From Azolla caroliniana (taxonomy: Eukaryota > Plantae > Polypodiophyta): a stretch of DNA of 64,000 nt. The stretch lies in NCBI GenBank assembly GCA_043228905.1, contig JBHGNT010000002.1, positions 6,510,001-6,574,000 of the forward strand. Direction: 5' to 3'. Positions 46,801 through 58,271 of the stretch are shown here, piece by piece. Made by a program: the position numbers and the translations under genes. How positions within the stretch are numbered: the first letter of the stretch is position 1; each line of letters opens with the position of its first letter. The notes below the pieces were generated by a model, which ran no database searches, was not told the origin of the DNA, and saw only the letters and a program-made list of their open reading frames with translations.

Positions 46801-49710
46801 GAAATGATAAAATATCGACTGATCGAGGGTCTTGATTTCACGGTCATCCGGAGGCATTTCTGCCTCGTTGACCTCATCGTCAAAACTCGGGTCCGGAGAT
46901 CCGGAGTTGGAGTTGAGGTTCGGAGTTGGAGGCAAGTATTAGGACGCGGACTCGTCAAACACAACATCACGGCTCACATGAGCTTGTTTGGTTCGGGGGT
47001 TATAACACTTATAACCCTTCTATTCGTCCGAATAACTGACCAAGATACACTTCTCGGCTTTCGTGTCCAACTTCCTCCATTTCTCCTTCGGCACATGCAC
47101 ATACGCAATGCTACCGAAAACTCTGAAGTGTCGTAGATTCGGCTTTCTTCCGAAATACAGCTCATGCACCGACACTTTGTCTCCGATCCGATTCCAGATG
47201 TAGACCGCGGTTCGTACCGCTTCGGCCCAATAGAACTTGGGCAAGCTCTTTTCTTCCAGCATTGCCCGTGCCGCTTCCACAACCGACCGATTTTTCCTTT
47301 CAGCTACGTCGGTTTGCTCCGGCATATACCTGCAACTGAATTCGCGCCAAATTCCAATTTGTTGCAAATAATTGTTGAATTGGCCGGAAAAATACTCTTT
47401 TCCGCCATCCGACCGCAGACACTTGATCTTTCTCCCTGTTTCCCTTTCTACGAGGCTTTTGAGGTTCCGAAAACAGTCGAAGATTTCACTCTTTTTTTCA
47501 ATGAGATAGATCCACGTGCGTCGCGTGTAGTTGTCGATGAAGGAGACAAAATATCGACTCCTGCCAAGACTAACATTCTGTGTCGGCCCCCATACATCCG
47601 AATGTATCAAGTCACGTATGTTCCGGCTCCGGTTACGCTCATTGGGGAAAGGAAGTCAGTGTTGCTTCCCTAGCTCGTAGGTAGGCTTCACAAATTTGGG
47701 CCTTCCGGCCACTGAATTTGGGCAATCCGAACACAACTTGTTTCGATTGCAATCCTGAAGCCTTTCATAGTTGACGTGGCCTATTCACTTGTGCCACAAG
47801 TTGATATCCGACGCAACTTTTTGTCCTTTTGCGAACATTATGGTGCCAACGTCATTGGTGTCGAGGATAAACATCCTCCCGTCTCTACGCCCTTACGCAA
47901 TAACTTGGCCTTCCTCCTCGATGAAGCACCCGAGATGCGTTAACCGTACTTGCATCCCCTGGTCGACGATCTACCCGACTGACACCAGATTCTTCGTGAT
48001 TGTCGGGACGTGTAACACGTTCATGAGTTTCCCTTTTTGCCCGACATGGCTCAAGGGAACTTCCCTGACATTCTCGATTGGATGCGGAGTGTCGTCTCAT
48101 GTTGCGACTACTCCCGGTTGCATCGGTTTCTCAAGGTATGAAAACCACTCCTTATGGCTCGTCATGTGGTTAGACGCGCCAGAGTCAACGTACCACACCT
48201 CGTCCGATTTCGGGGTGGTTTTCTTCATCGAGTTTGCCTCGTGTCTCGTCACGAAGGTTGCCCCCTGTGCAATCGCTGCCGATTTCCTTGGTCGGTTTGT
48301 CCGGATCCGGATCCGGTTTTCTCCGAATCGGCGCGCTTCTTCCAGCACTCGCTCTCCTTGTGGCCTTTCTTGCCACAGTATCAGCATTCCGCAATGGGTT
48401 TCCCTTGCCAGTTCTCGTCGCCTCGACTCCCCCTATTTCCGGAGGGTCCGGAATTGCTGTTGGCATCACTTCGGTGCCTTGTTCCTTGATCTCGTCGGCC
48501 GCCTCCATTGCGCACGGACTCGCCTCATCCGCAACGACCACGGGGCCTATCTCCCTCCGTGTACAGCAACTTGTTATCGGTGTGCGTACTCGTCGACGCA
48601 CCCGCGTGGTTCACCTCTATAAGAAGCATCGACTGTAGGTTGAAAAACGACGGTGTATTCTCCCGTGTGCACATAGCAGTTCGGAACGCTCCGAACTTCG
48701 ACGCCAGTCCCCCGAGATAGATCTGCGCACCATCTCACCTTCCTCGACGTTCACATCGATGGAGGCTAAGGAGTCACATATATCTTTGATCTTCAAGGTG
48801 TAATTAGCCACTAACAAATCGCGTTGTCACAAGTTGCTCAACTCCTGTCGGAGTTGGAGCTTTCTGGCTGTGGTGCTTGCGGCAAAAATATTTTTCAAAT
48901 TTCCCCAAGCATCCTTCGGCATTTTCGCATCTCAAATATAGCTCATAAGTTGTTCTCCCACACAAGACGCGAAGTAGTAGAGAACTCTGCTCGCTAATTG
49001 TTCCCATGCCGAGAAGTCTTTGTGTGTCGAATCGGGTGCTGTGTCATGTGCTCCGTCGACATAGCTCCAATATCCATGTCCGAGCAGGTACTAGTGAATC
49101 TTGTACGACCAAGACGCGTAGTTGTTTTTGTTGAGCTTCTCAGTCGGAAGCGAGCTAGCCATGCCTCTATCCATTTTATCTTCCCTATTCTTTACAAAGG
49201 TTAGGTTTTCTTCTCAAGCTAAGGTCGGCTGCAGAAGTTCTCAACCCTCACGCTCTGATACCATGTGAAAAGAACAACGTGCGAAAGCAACAGAAAGCAG
49301 AACGTAGGAAAACACAGGTTTAATGGAGAGCTTGGACACACACACAGTACACGGGAGAGAGAGAGAGAGAGAGAGAGAGAGTCAATACACACAACTCTAG
49401 TCAAAAAATAATACTCAGTGTGTACATAGAATGTGCTCGGTGAGCACTTTTATACAAGTCCATACGGACTGACATAAGTACTGTCACATACTTCAATGCT
49501 CATAAATGAGCTCTACACTAACTCCCAAAATGTATTCCTACGCGGATTATCTTTCCAATGGCCTCGTAGTTTACGCACTGCTACGGCTTCATGTTGTGCA
49601 CCGATTCGCGTAACAGTTTACGCACCCGGTTTACGCACCAATCCGGCCTAACCGATCCAGTTCTCGGCTTGCACATCCGATCCGGCCAATGTTGAGCTTG
49701 TTTCTCAACT
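43888..49710 (-). mobile_element. Near full-length degenerate Ty1/Copia element F
   Basis: LTRs at ~44031-44493 (possibly extending to 43888) and ~49264-49710; PBS TGGTATCAGAGC (tRNA-iMet) at 49252-49263; PPT TTGAGGGGGAG at 44494-44504; gag, [35 protein letters not shown]. No TSD found. Confidence 0.92.
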
Positions 49711-50635
49711 GTTGTATCCTCTTCCACTTTTTCATCTTTATCAAAATCCTTAGCCCTTTGTTGTGATTATATAGTCCTTACCAGTTGAGGTTTGTGTTAT
49801 TGTTTTAATATTCTTCTTTAACTTTTCCTTTGATTGTCACTTTGACTAGAATTCTAATCTAAAGTAACACTTGAGTTTTTAGAGCCTCTCCTTTTGCACA
49901 CATAACATCTCTAAAATGAGAAATTTGTCATCAAAATACATCAATATTACTTCCCTAGTTATTTTGTCATATCCCATTAGAAACTTATGTGCTAGTTGAT
50001 TGTGTGTGCTTTGTAATACTATTACAAAGAAAAACTTCAAGCTTGGTCCAACCAAGGTATTGAGCTAGATGTGCAGTTATTGATATCTAATTTGGACAAC
50101 ATTCAAAACTTTTATCTATGCTTATGTCTAATCACATGTTCTCACTCAACACATGTGTTGTGCAAATTCATGTCAGATCCATGTGTGGATTAGCAGATAC
50201 AACAAGGTTTTGGACTAGGTGATGGGTACGATGATCTTATTTCAGGTATTTGAATATTTGTATCACAATAAATGCTAATTTTCCAACTAGAGGGAGTGGA
50301 TTCTACAAGTAATGTTATAGCTTACTAGTTAAAATCATGTTTCAAACCTTGAGACCAAACAATCAATTTGTTTTGAGTTGGCACAATGTGAGATCATGTG
50401 AATCATTACTCGAACTTCTCAAGCACTAGTAGCACACTTATATTTCTCCTTCTTGAGTTCATCTTTTCCTTCCATTGTCTTTAAAAAAATTTGAACCCTT
50501 GACCCTATTGTCTAGATCACTATCATTTGTAAATTAATGTAATCATTTTCTTCCTACTTTCCCTTCTAGTAATCACTTTGACCCAAATCTCGAACAATTG
50601 TAAAACTAACTTTTATGTGCATTTTGTGGTTGTGA

Positions 50636-51672
50636 GAGAAATTCATGCAAGGATTAGGCTTGGTCAAAGATATGTGGAATGCATGGCCGAATATGATCAA
50701 AGGCAGAGCATTGTATCACAGTGTGATAGTCAAACTCTCAAACTTGTTAAGCCAAAGTGTGCATAGTCAAGCACTCTCATCACTTGTGCCCCAATGCCCG
50801 TCTAAATCGCAATGCATGCAAGCAATGGTTCAAATTGCAAACAACATGATGGGCTATAATATGTATCGATCTGTTCGGTTTCCCCGTTCTGCGAAGAATA
50901 TGGTTTTGTAGTTAGGTGCAAAATGTGTAGTATAATGTGTAAACATGAGCTACCACATTGTCCCATGTCATCATAATACATTGGTACAGTTGCAAAAAGG
51001 GTTCATTTACATAGGAATCTAGAGATGCATCATGAAACAAGTGTGTTGCATCCCATCTACCAAAACATTTTTCCATATCTTGCATCCAACCAGAACACAC
51101 GCACACACACAAAACACAAAATTTTACAGAGAGAGAGAGAGATTTTATTGAAATATTTGAAGGTCAAATACGACCTAAGAGATAAAAAAATATAACATTT
51201 TCACATAATCCATGTGAAAGTGAGTAGCAACACTCAGTGTTAACAATTTTATTAATGAATGTCCCAATCAAGAGTGCATACTATAATTTTGGAAGAAATT
51301 TATGCAATGATTGGTTTTGGTTGAAGGTGTGCAGAAAACATAGTCAAATACAATCAAAGACAGAGCATTGTATGAAAGTGTGATACTCAGATTCCCAAAC
51401 TTGTATAGGGCAAAGTATGCATAATCGATTATGTCTCTCATCACTTGTGCCCCAACACCCATCACAAGTCGTAGTGAGTGTGAGCTAAGTCACATGGAAG
51501 CAATGGTTTAGATGGCAGACAACGAGGTGAGCTCTAGCATGTATTCATGTGTGTGGTTTCCCATGTCATAATACATTCACATTGCAAAAAGGCTTCATTC
51601 ACAAAGGAATCTATTCATGTAGCATAAAGCAAGTGCGCTGCATCACATCTTCTAAATCATTTTTCCATATCT
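50636..51672. repeat. Old diverged direct duplication (50636-51080 vs 51294-51672)
   Basis: Collinear blocks CAGAGCATTGTAT, CTCTCATCACTTGTGCCCCAA, TTGCAAAAAGG, CATTTTTCCATATCTT. Confidence 0.75.
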
Positions 51673-51675
51673 TTT

Positions 51676-51843
51676 TATTAGAATCTTAATTAACGTTAAG
51701 CATAATTAAAGAGGAAAATATGGAAGAGCGGGCGCAAGTCCACCTAACCACCCCTAGTGAAGGTGAGAGACGGATCCAAGTCCCTTGTTAGTGTCCCATA
51801 CCATTTGTAAAGAATTTGGTATGATTCTATGTAATGGAAGTGA

Positions 51844-51918
<75 letters not shown>

Positions 51919-53426
51919 ACACAAGGTATACAGAAAATCAAGAAAACTGTATTAACATGAGAATAAACAACTAACTAGTTACAAAGAGGAGGAGAAGGTG
52001 CTTATGTAGTCACCTTCTCTCAGATATGTTCTCTCACTACAACCACCACTTGGAAAAGAGGTGGAGAATTAACTTCTATTAAATATGTGTCATAGGACTT
52101 AACTTCTATGACACTTAGTTTATGATACAAGGAGATAGGATGTTCACACACTTGGGTATTCCTAAAGTGTGTTCCCACACTAGGGAAGTTGAGTTTGATT
52201 CTCAACACACCCTTTCAAACACAACATCCGGCCGGGATAGTTGGTCCAGACTGGTCTTTGGGTTGGCTTTGGTAGTCAGCTCTGGCTTCGACTGTGGATA
52301 GTCGGCTCATACTGCTCCATTTGACTTCGTGGGAGCCCATTCCTTACTCTATACTCCCCCTCAAGCTTGGCTAGTTGGCAATCGAGAGACCTAGTTTCAT
52401 CATGAACTATCGCATCTTGTCGGTTCCCAGGGCCTTTGTGAAGATGTCAGCCATCTACAGGTTCGCCGTTTGACATCGTGGGAGCCCATTCCTTACTCTA
52501 TACTCCCCCTCAAGCTCGGTTGGTTGGCGGTTGAGAGACCTAGTTTCATTATGAACTATCGCATCTTGTCGGCACCCAGGGCCTTTGTGAAGATGTCAGA
52601 CATCTATAGGTTCGTGTTGATGTGTTGTAGGTCAATGTCTCTAACTAGAACACATTCTTGGATGAAATGATAGTGCACCTCAATGTGCTTAGTTTGAGCA
52701 TGAAAAATTGGGTTGCGAGCTAGGTGGATATTGCTCACGTTGTTGTAGTAGAGGAGAATCGGATGGTTGATGGGAACGCCCAGATCCTTCAATACTCTTT
52801 TTAGCCAAATGGTTTCACATGTTGCGATGGTTGCGCCCCTATACTCGGCTTCTGTGCTTGATAGTGCGACTGTCGAAAGCTTTTTATTGTTGCATGATAT
52901 TGCTCCACTACCTAGGGAGAAGATAAATCCTGATGTGGAATGTCGGCCGACCTTGTTGCCATCCTAGTCTACATCTGTGTACCCTTCGAGTCGAACGATC
53001 GTGTCCGACTTATACATGATGTCATAAACCATCGTCCTAGTCATGTACCTAAGTACTCTTTTAGCGCAATCTACATGAGTATCCCAAGGTTTCTGCATGA
53101 ATTGGCTAAGTAGACCTACCAGATAGTTGAGGTTGGGTTGTGTGATGGTAAGATAGATTAAGCTACCGATCAGCTAACGATACTGAGTCAGCTCACACTC
53201 TTTTGTTCCAGAGTCAGCATCGCGCTTGAGGTTTTGATCGAGAGGGGTTGACACAAGTTTGCACTCTATCATCCCGAACTTGTATAGCAAGTTGAGGATG
53301 TTGTGCCGTTGAGAGATCATGATCCCTCTAGAGTTCAAATTACTTCTATTCCTAGAAAGTAATGAAGCTCCTTCATATCTTTCATTTCAAATCGGCTAGA
53401 GAGAAGCTTCTTGATATGATCGATAT
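51676..53426 (-). mobile_element. Copia element G, 3' part (RT end, RNase H, PPT, 3' LTR)
   Basis: [37 protein letters not shown]; PPT at 52354-52364; LTR ~51676-52353 containing (GT)n(GA)n. Confidence 0.85.
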
Positions 53427-54160
53427 TGTGAAAGTGTTTTTAGAATTCAAGGCATTGAAGTCTACAAGAATATAAGGTATGGTGCGTTCACATCCGGAGG
53501 GCAAGATCACGAGCTAAGGTCTTAAGGATACGTCAAACTAAAAGCAAGAAAGATGGAGAAAAGTAAAAGAAGAAAAAGGTGGGCACCAAAACGCAGTCTA
53601 CAACGAACGCTCATAACTCATTCGTTTGGAAGCCAAATATAACGTGAAAATATGGGTTGGAAATCTTGTGAAGAGAGCTATTTATAGCTTTTTAAATATC
53701 TAAATTTAGAGCTTGGACGAGGGAGATATGATGATTTGAAGATCGTTGTGTCATAGATAAGAATAAGACTCGATGAAAACTCTAAAAAAAGCATAAAAAA
53801 GATAGCAAGGGAAGCTTATCCAGTGGAAGAGAACTTTATATAAAGGAAGAAGAGTAAGGTGGTGTGAGGGAGTCTCTTTCTTGTGATGTTTTCTTGCTTA
53901 TTCACGTAGTGTTGGTTGAGTTGTTATCAATTTATCCTTGTAGACTTGGATTTATGTATCTTCTTTCTCTCTTCCTTCCATCATAATTATTCATTAGCAA
54001 TAGATCTTTGTGGTTTTGGGTCTTTTTATCTTCCTTATCTCTCCTTTCTATCATCTCTACCTCATCAAATATCTACTTTGTGCTCTCCTCCAATGACCAA
54101 GTCGTCCAGATATATTATGATAAACAATTGTCCTCTAGAGTTGCTCTAAAATCCATATCA
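53427..54160 (+). mobile_element. Solo-like LTR (family of 23617-24365) without matching TSD
   Basis: TGTGAAAGTGTTTTTAGAAT...TATCA; flanks are GATAT and ACAGG. Confidence 0.85.
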
Positions 54161-55603
54161 ACAGGGAATTGTCAGACTTGGACATCTTTAATAGCTCTAA
54201 TAAATAGGTTTAATAGTTAAAATACATGATAGTGACAATAACAAAGTGTGTTGATAATGGGTATTTAGGTTTAAAAGTGGGTAATAACTCTAATAGCTTT
54301 AATAGCTAAAATACCTTATAGTGATAGTAAATGTGCTTTGAATATGTATTTAGCTTTAAAAGTGGGTAATAGCTTTAATACCTGCTAGTCATAATAGCAA
54401 AATGTGTTGATAACAGGTATTTAGTTTTAAAATATTTTACTAGATATTGTGTTTTTTTTCGTAGATTCAACTAGCTATTATCATCCTATGGCAAATGTTC
54501 TTATCAAGTTATTAGCTATCGCTTACCTAAACAACCATTTACAAAGATTTGAAAGTAAAAGAAGGAAAATAGAATGAATAAAAGAACTCGTTCCACCCGA
54601 CCACCCCCCAACTATGATCTAGACATAGCCAACCTACCACCGACGTCCCATACTACCGGATATTAGGATGACTAATACCTTGGAAGAGATAAACACGATC
54701 GTCGAGACGAAAGCCTAGCCCGCACCACCGGTGTCTAAGACAGCAGCCTTCCGACGTAATGTCCCTATTAGGGTAGCTAAGCCTCATATTTATACCTTTT
54801 CCTAGGCTCCTTGAATAGATGTGCCTTTCTAAAAGGCTCTCCATTCATTGGTTGTCCAAATCATGATAGTGCATGCACCTATCATTCCTTCTATCCAATC
54901 ATTAGTCCCCTTTTTAACATTAGTGAACATACCCTTCACTAATGTAAACATTAGTGACCTACCCTCACCAACGTTATGTGTACATAACATACTCCCCTAC
55001 TTCAAAAGATTGCACTCTTGCAATATAAAGTGAGAAAATTGTGCCTTAAGAGTATGCTCGCGTTCCCATGTGGCATCATCAATAGGTTTATCCATCCATT
55101 TGATCTTGAATAGCCGAATCTCTTTAGAACGTAAACGTTTAGTACGAGAATCAAGAATTCGTTTAGGAACATGAGGTTTGTAAGAAAAATCCTCTAATGT
55201 TACAAGATCTTGGATTGTGATGGTGTTATCACCAGAGCCTAAAAATGGTTTTAGATGACTGACACGAAAACCAGGATGAATACCAACGTTACGGGGTAAG
55301 GCAAGGTGATAAGCAGATGACCCAACCCGCTTAAGGATTTCAAATGGGCCACAATATCGTGGGGCTAACTTAGCGAACATGCCTGTAGACAATGACGTAG
55401 AGTCGGTAGGGACATGCAACACAACTTTTTGACCAATAGTAAATGCACGAGGAAGTCTATCCTTATCAGCATAAAATCGAGCACGATCTTGAGCCGTCTT
55501 GACATTCTCTTTGGCAATATGCAACATTTGGTTCATGTCTTGCAAAAAATTGTGTGTACTATCTAATGTATCACGATGAAGCGTGACATCAACTAGGGCA
55601 CGT

Positions 55604-58271
55604 TGTCGCGAAGTTTCGCACACGTGTGTTACTTGGGCGAGACCACGGGGTCTTGGACTGGGGAGTACTCAAGGGATAGAGAAGACCCGAGGTTTGCTTT
55701 ACAACAATACTACTTCCCGACCCCTTCCCGAGAAAGGTCTCGTTGCCCTTTGTTTTGTGAGGCTGGTGGCTCTCATTGATCACGACTCGTCGACCTTTCG
55801 AGATCACCGCACGAGCCAAGTGATCAAACGGGTACAAGCAAGATGAGCATGCAAGATGAACGCACAAGGGGATGATAACATAAACACGCATGCCCGTACG
55901 TCTTTATGAGGAGGAGAGGTGCATGGGCACGCCCGAATGCTCCCTCGTCACAAGACGTCGAACGTACGAGGAAGACACAAAACACACGCACAAATGCTCG
56001 TACACCTTTATGAGGAGGAGAGGTGGATGGGCATGCCCAAAACACTCCTTCATCACAAGACGGTCGAACGTACAAGGAAGACACAAACACACACACAAAA
56101 TGCTCATACGCCTTTATGAGGAGGAGAGGTGCATGGGCAAGCCCGAACGCTCCCTCATCACGAGACGACCGAACATACAAGGAAGACACAAACACACGCA
56201 CAAAATGCTCGTATGCCTTTATGAGGAGGAGAGGTGCATGGGCAAGCCTGAAACGGTCCCTCGTCACAAGACGGCCGAACGTACAAGGAAGACACAAACG
56301 CACGTTGTCGTGCCTTTTGGCACCGGATCGTTTTGGACTAGGAGAAAAGAAAATTCTAAGGCAATGAAGAATATGAAATATGTTGTAAGAAAGAAAGATA
56401 TGAAAAACTCGTGAATCTCACGAGTATAGTATATTAGTGAGTGCTCAGATTAAGAGAGAAAAAATAGTTAGCAAATTCGTGAATCCCACGATTATATTAT
56501 ATTAATCCACCCTTGTTAAATAAGCAGCAACCCCCCATACATCTTTCTCTCCTCCTTATATAAGGATGGAAGAGGCTAAGCATAGCTTCATGCTTTTTCT
56601 AAAGTGTTCATGCACACTAAATGTGCATGAGTTGCCTTTTTACACTATGCTTTTATTTCCTAAATATAGTGCTCATGCTTGTTAGATGTGCACGAGTCAT
56701 TTTTTATTGGTGTACATTTTTCTTATAAATAAAGTATTCACGCATTCTAAAAAATGCATGACTTACCTTTTAATAAAGGTAGGCGTAAATAAAGGTCTTA
56801 TACGTATTAAATCTATATTTAAAACATTTAGGATAAGTTAGTACAATGGTAAGGTTGGGGTTTGTCTATGTGGAGGTACAAGGTTTGAATCTTGCCCTAT
56901 GCATGTAATAAGTATTTTTAATATTTTATTTTATTTATTATACGTACTTTAAATCAGATATAGTATTTTCCATATTTCACGTAGTGTGTGATTCACACTA
57001 CGACAACGCACAAATGCTCGTACGTCTTTGTGAGGAGGAGAGGTGCATGGGCATGCCCGAAACCCTCCCTCGTCACAAGACGGCCGAACGTACAAGGAAG
57101 ACACAAACACACACACAAATGCTCATACGCCTTTATGAGGAGGAGAGGTGCATGGGCAAGCCCGAAATCCCTCGTCACAAGATGGCCGAACGTACAAGAC
57201 ACAAACACAAGCACAAAATGCTCGTACACCTTTATGAGTAGGAGAGGTGCATGGGCAAGCCCGAAATGATCCCTCGTCACAAGACGGCCGAACGTACAAG
57301 ACACAAACACACGCACAAATGCTCGTACGTCTTTATGAGGCGGAGAGGTGCATGGGCACGCCCGAAACGCTCCCTCGTCACAAGACGGCCGAACGAACAA
57401 GGAAGACATGAACAAAGAAAGAAGGAGAGAAAGAAACACGAATGATTTCGGCCAAAGAGATAAATACATGTTCAATTCCAACGCAAGAGGACCCTTTATA
57501 AAATAGGGTTTGATTACAATGGCAACTTATAGTTAACCACAAGCTCAATCAAAACATAAATACTAAATGCCCTTAGAGACAAGAGCAAATCCGAACACAA
57601 CGAAGATGAAGACACGAGCATCACCAAAATGCCAATCTCGACGAATCAAGACCACCAGAACGGCGAGCACACGGGCTCGCAACGACGAACGGGGCGGAGC
57701 AACGTCGAACCAACGAAGCTTGGGCTCATGAGCACTTCGAGTGTCGATGCGAAGAAGATGAGCACGTGGTGGTGGGGGGATGAAGGGATATGAGATGAAG
57801 AGAAGTGGTGAATAAGAAGATGAAGAGCTCCGAAGGAAAAATGGCGATAGTCTCCTCCTCCCAAAACGTCCTCCCGAATGAGCCCCCCTCGACCTCCTTT
57901 TATAGGAAAAAAAGGAAGGGGGGTCGCCAATTTCGTCTTTAATGCAAAAAGGAATAAAATTCCTTAAATCACGCTACATTTTAAAACTAGATTTGAACCG
58001 TGCACCTCTAACTAGAAGTCAATGTAACTATCCACTAACCCATTAACTCTCCCTTATATAATATATGATTCTATCTCTATAAATTCTTAGCCTGTCTCCC
58101 CTCTACTTTTTATCTCTCCTCTCTCTTACTTTTTACACGGGCTTCTATGCATCCTTTCCACCCTTTCTTTTCCCTTTTATTTTGCATATGCACGATTCAT
58201 CGCCTTTGTGTGCACACACATTGCACATGCACATTTTGACCCCCCCCCATCAAGCACGCCACATCACGACA
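55604..58271 (-). mobile_element. Giant solo LTR (2668 bp) of the A/C lineage inside the integrase of H
   Basis: TGTCG...CGACA termini; 4-bp TSD ACGT (55600-55603, 58272-58275); removal restores GFQPRALVD; shares the GTCCAAGACCCC.TGGTC.CGCC motif with LTR A. Confidence 0.9.
55860..57420. repeat. Two clusters of ~100-105-bp tandem repeats (55860-56305 and 56990-57420; about 4 units each)
   Basis: Recurrent CTTTATGAGGAGGAGAGGTGCATGGGCA...CTCGTCACAAGACGGCCGAACGTACAAG. Confidence 0.93.

Noticed and set aside
47771-48622. 283-aa plus-strand ORF
   Set aside because: Antisense to Copia gag-protease, with no independent motifs.
54180-54540. Three degenerate ~75-85-bp AT-rich repeats, possibly a MITE
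   Set aside because: No paired TIRs or TSD could be identified.
55824-57481. Multiple overlapping ORFs and CRISPR-like periodicity
   Set aside because: The ORFs arise from ~105-bp tandem units in which the whole unit repeats; there are no unique spacers and no cas genes.
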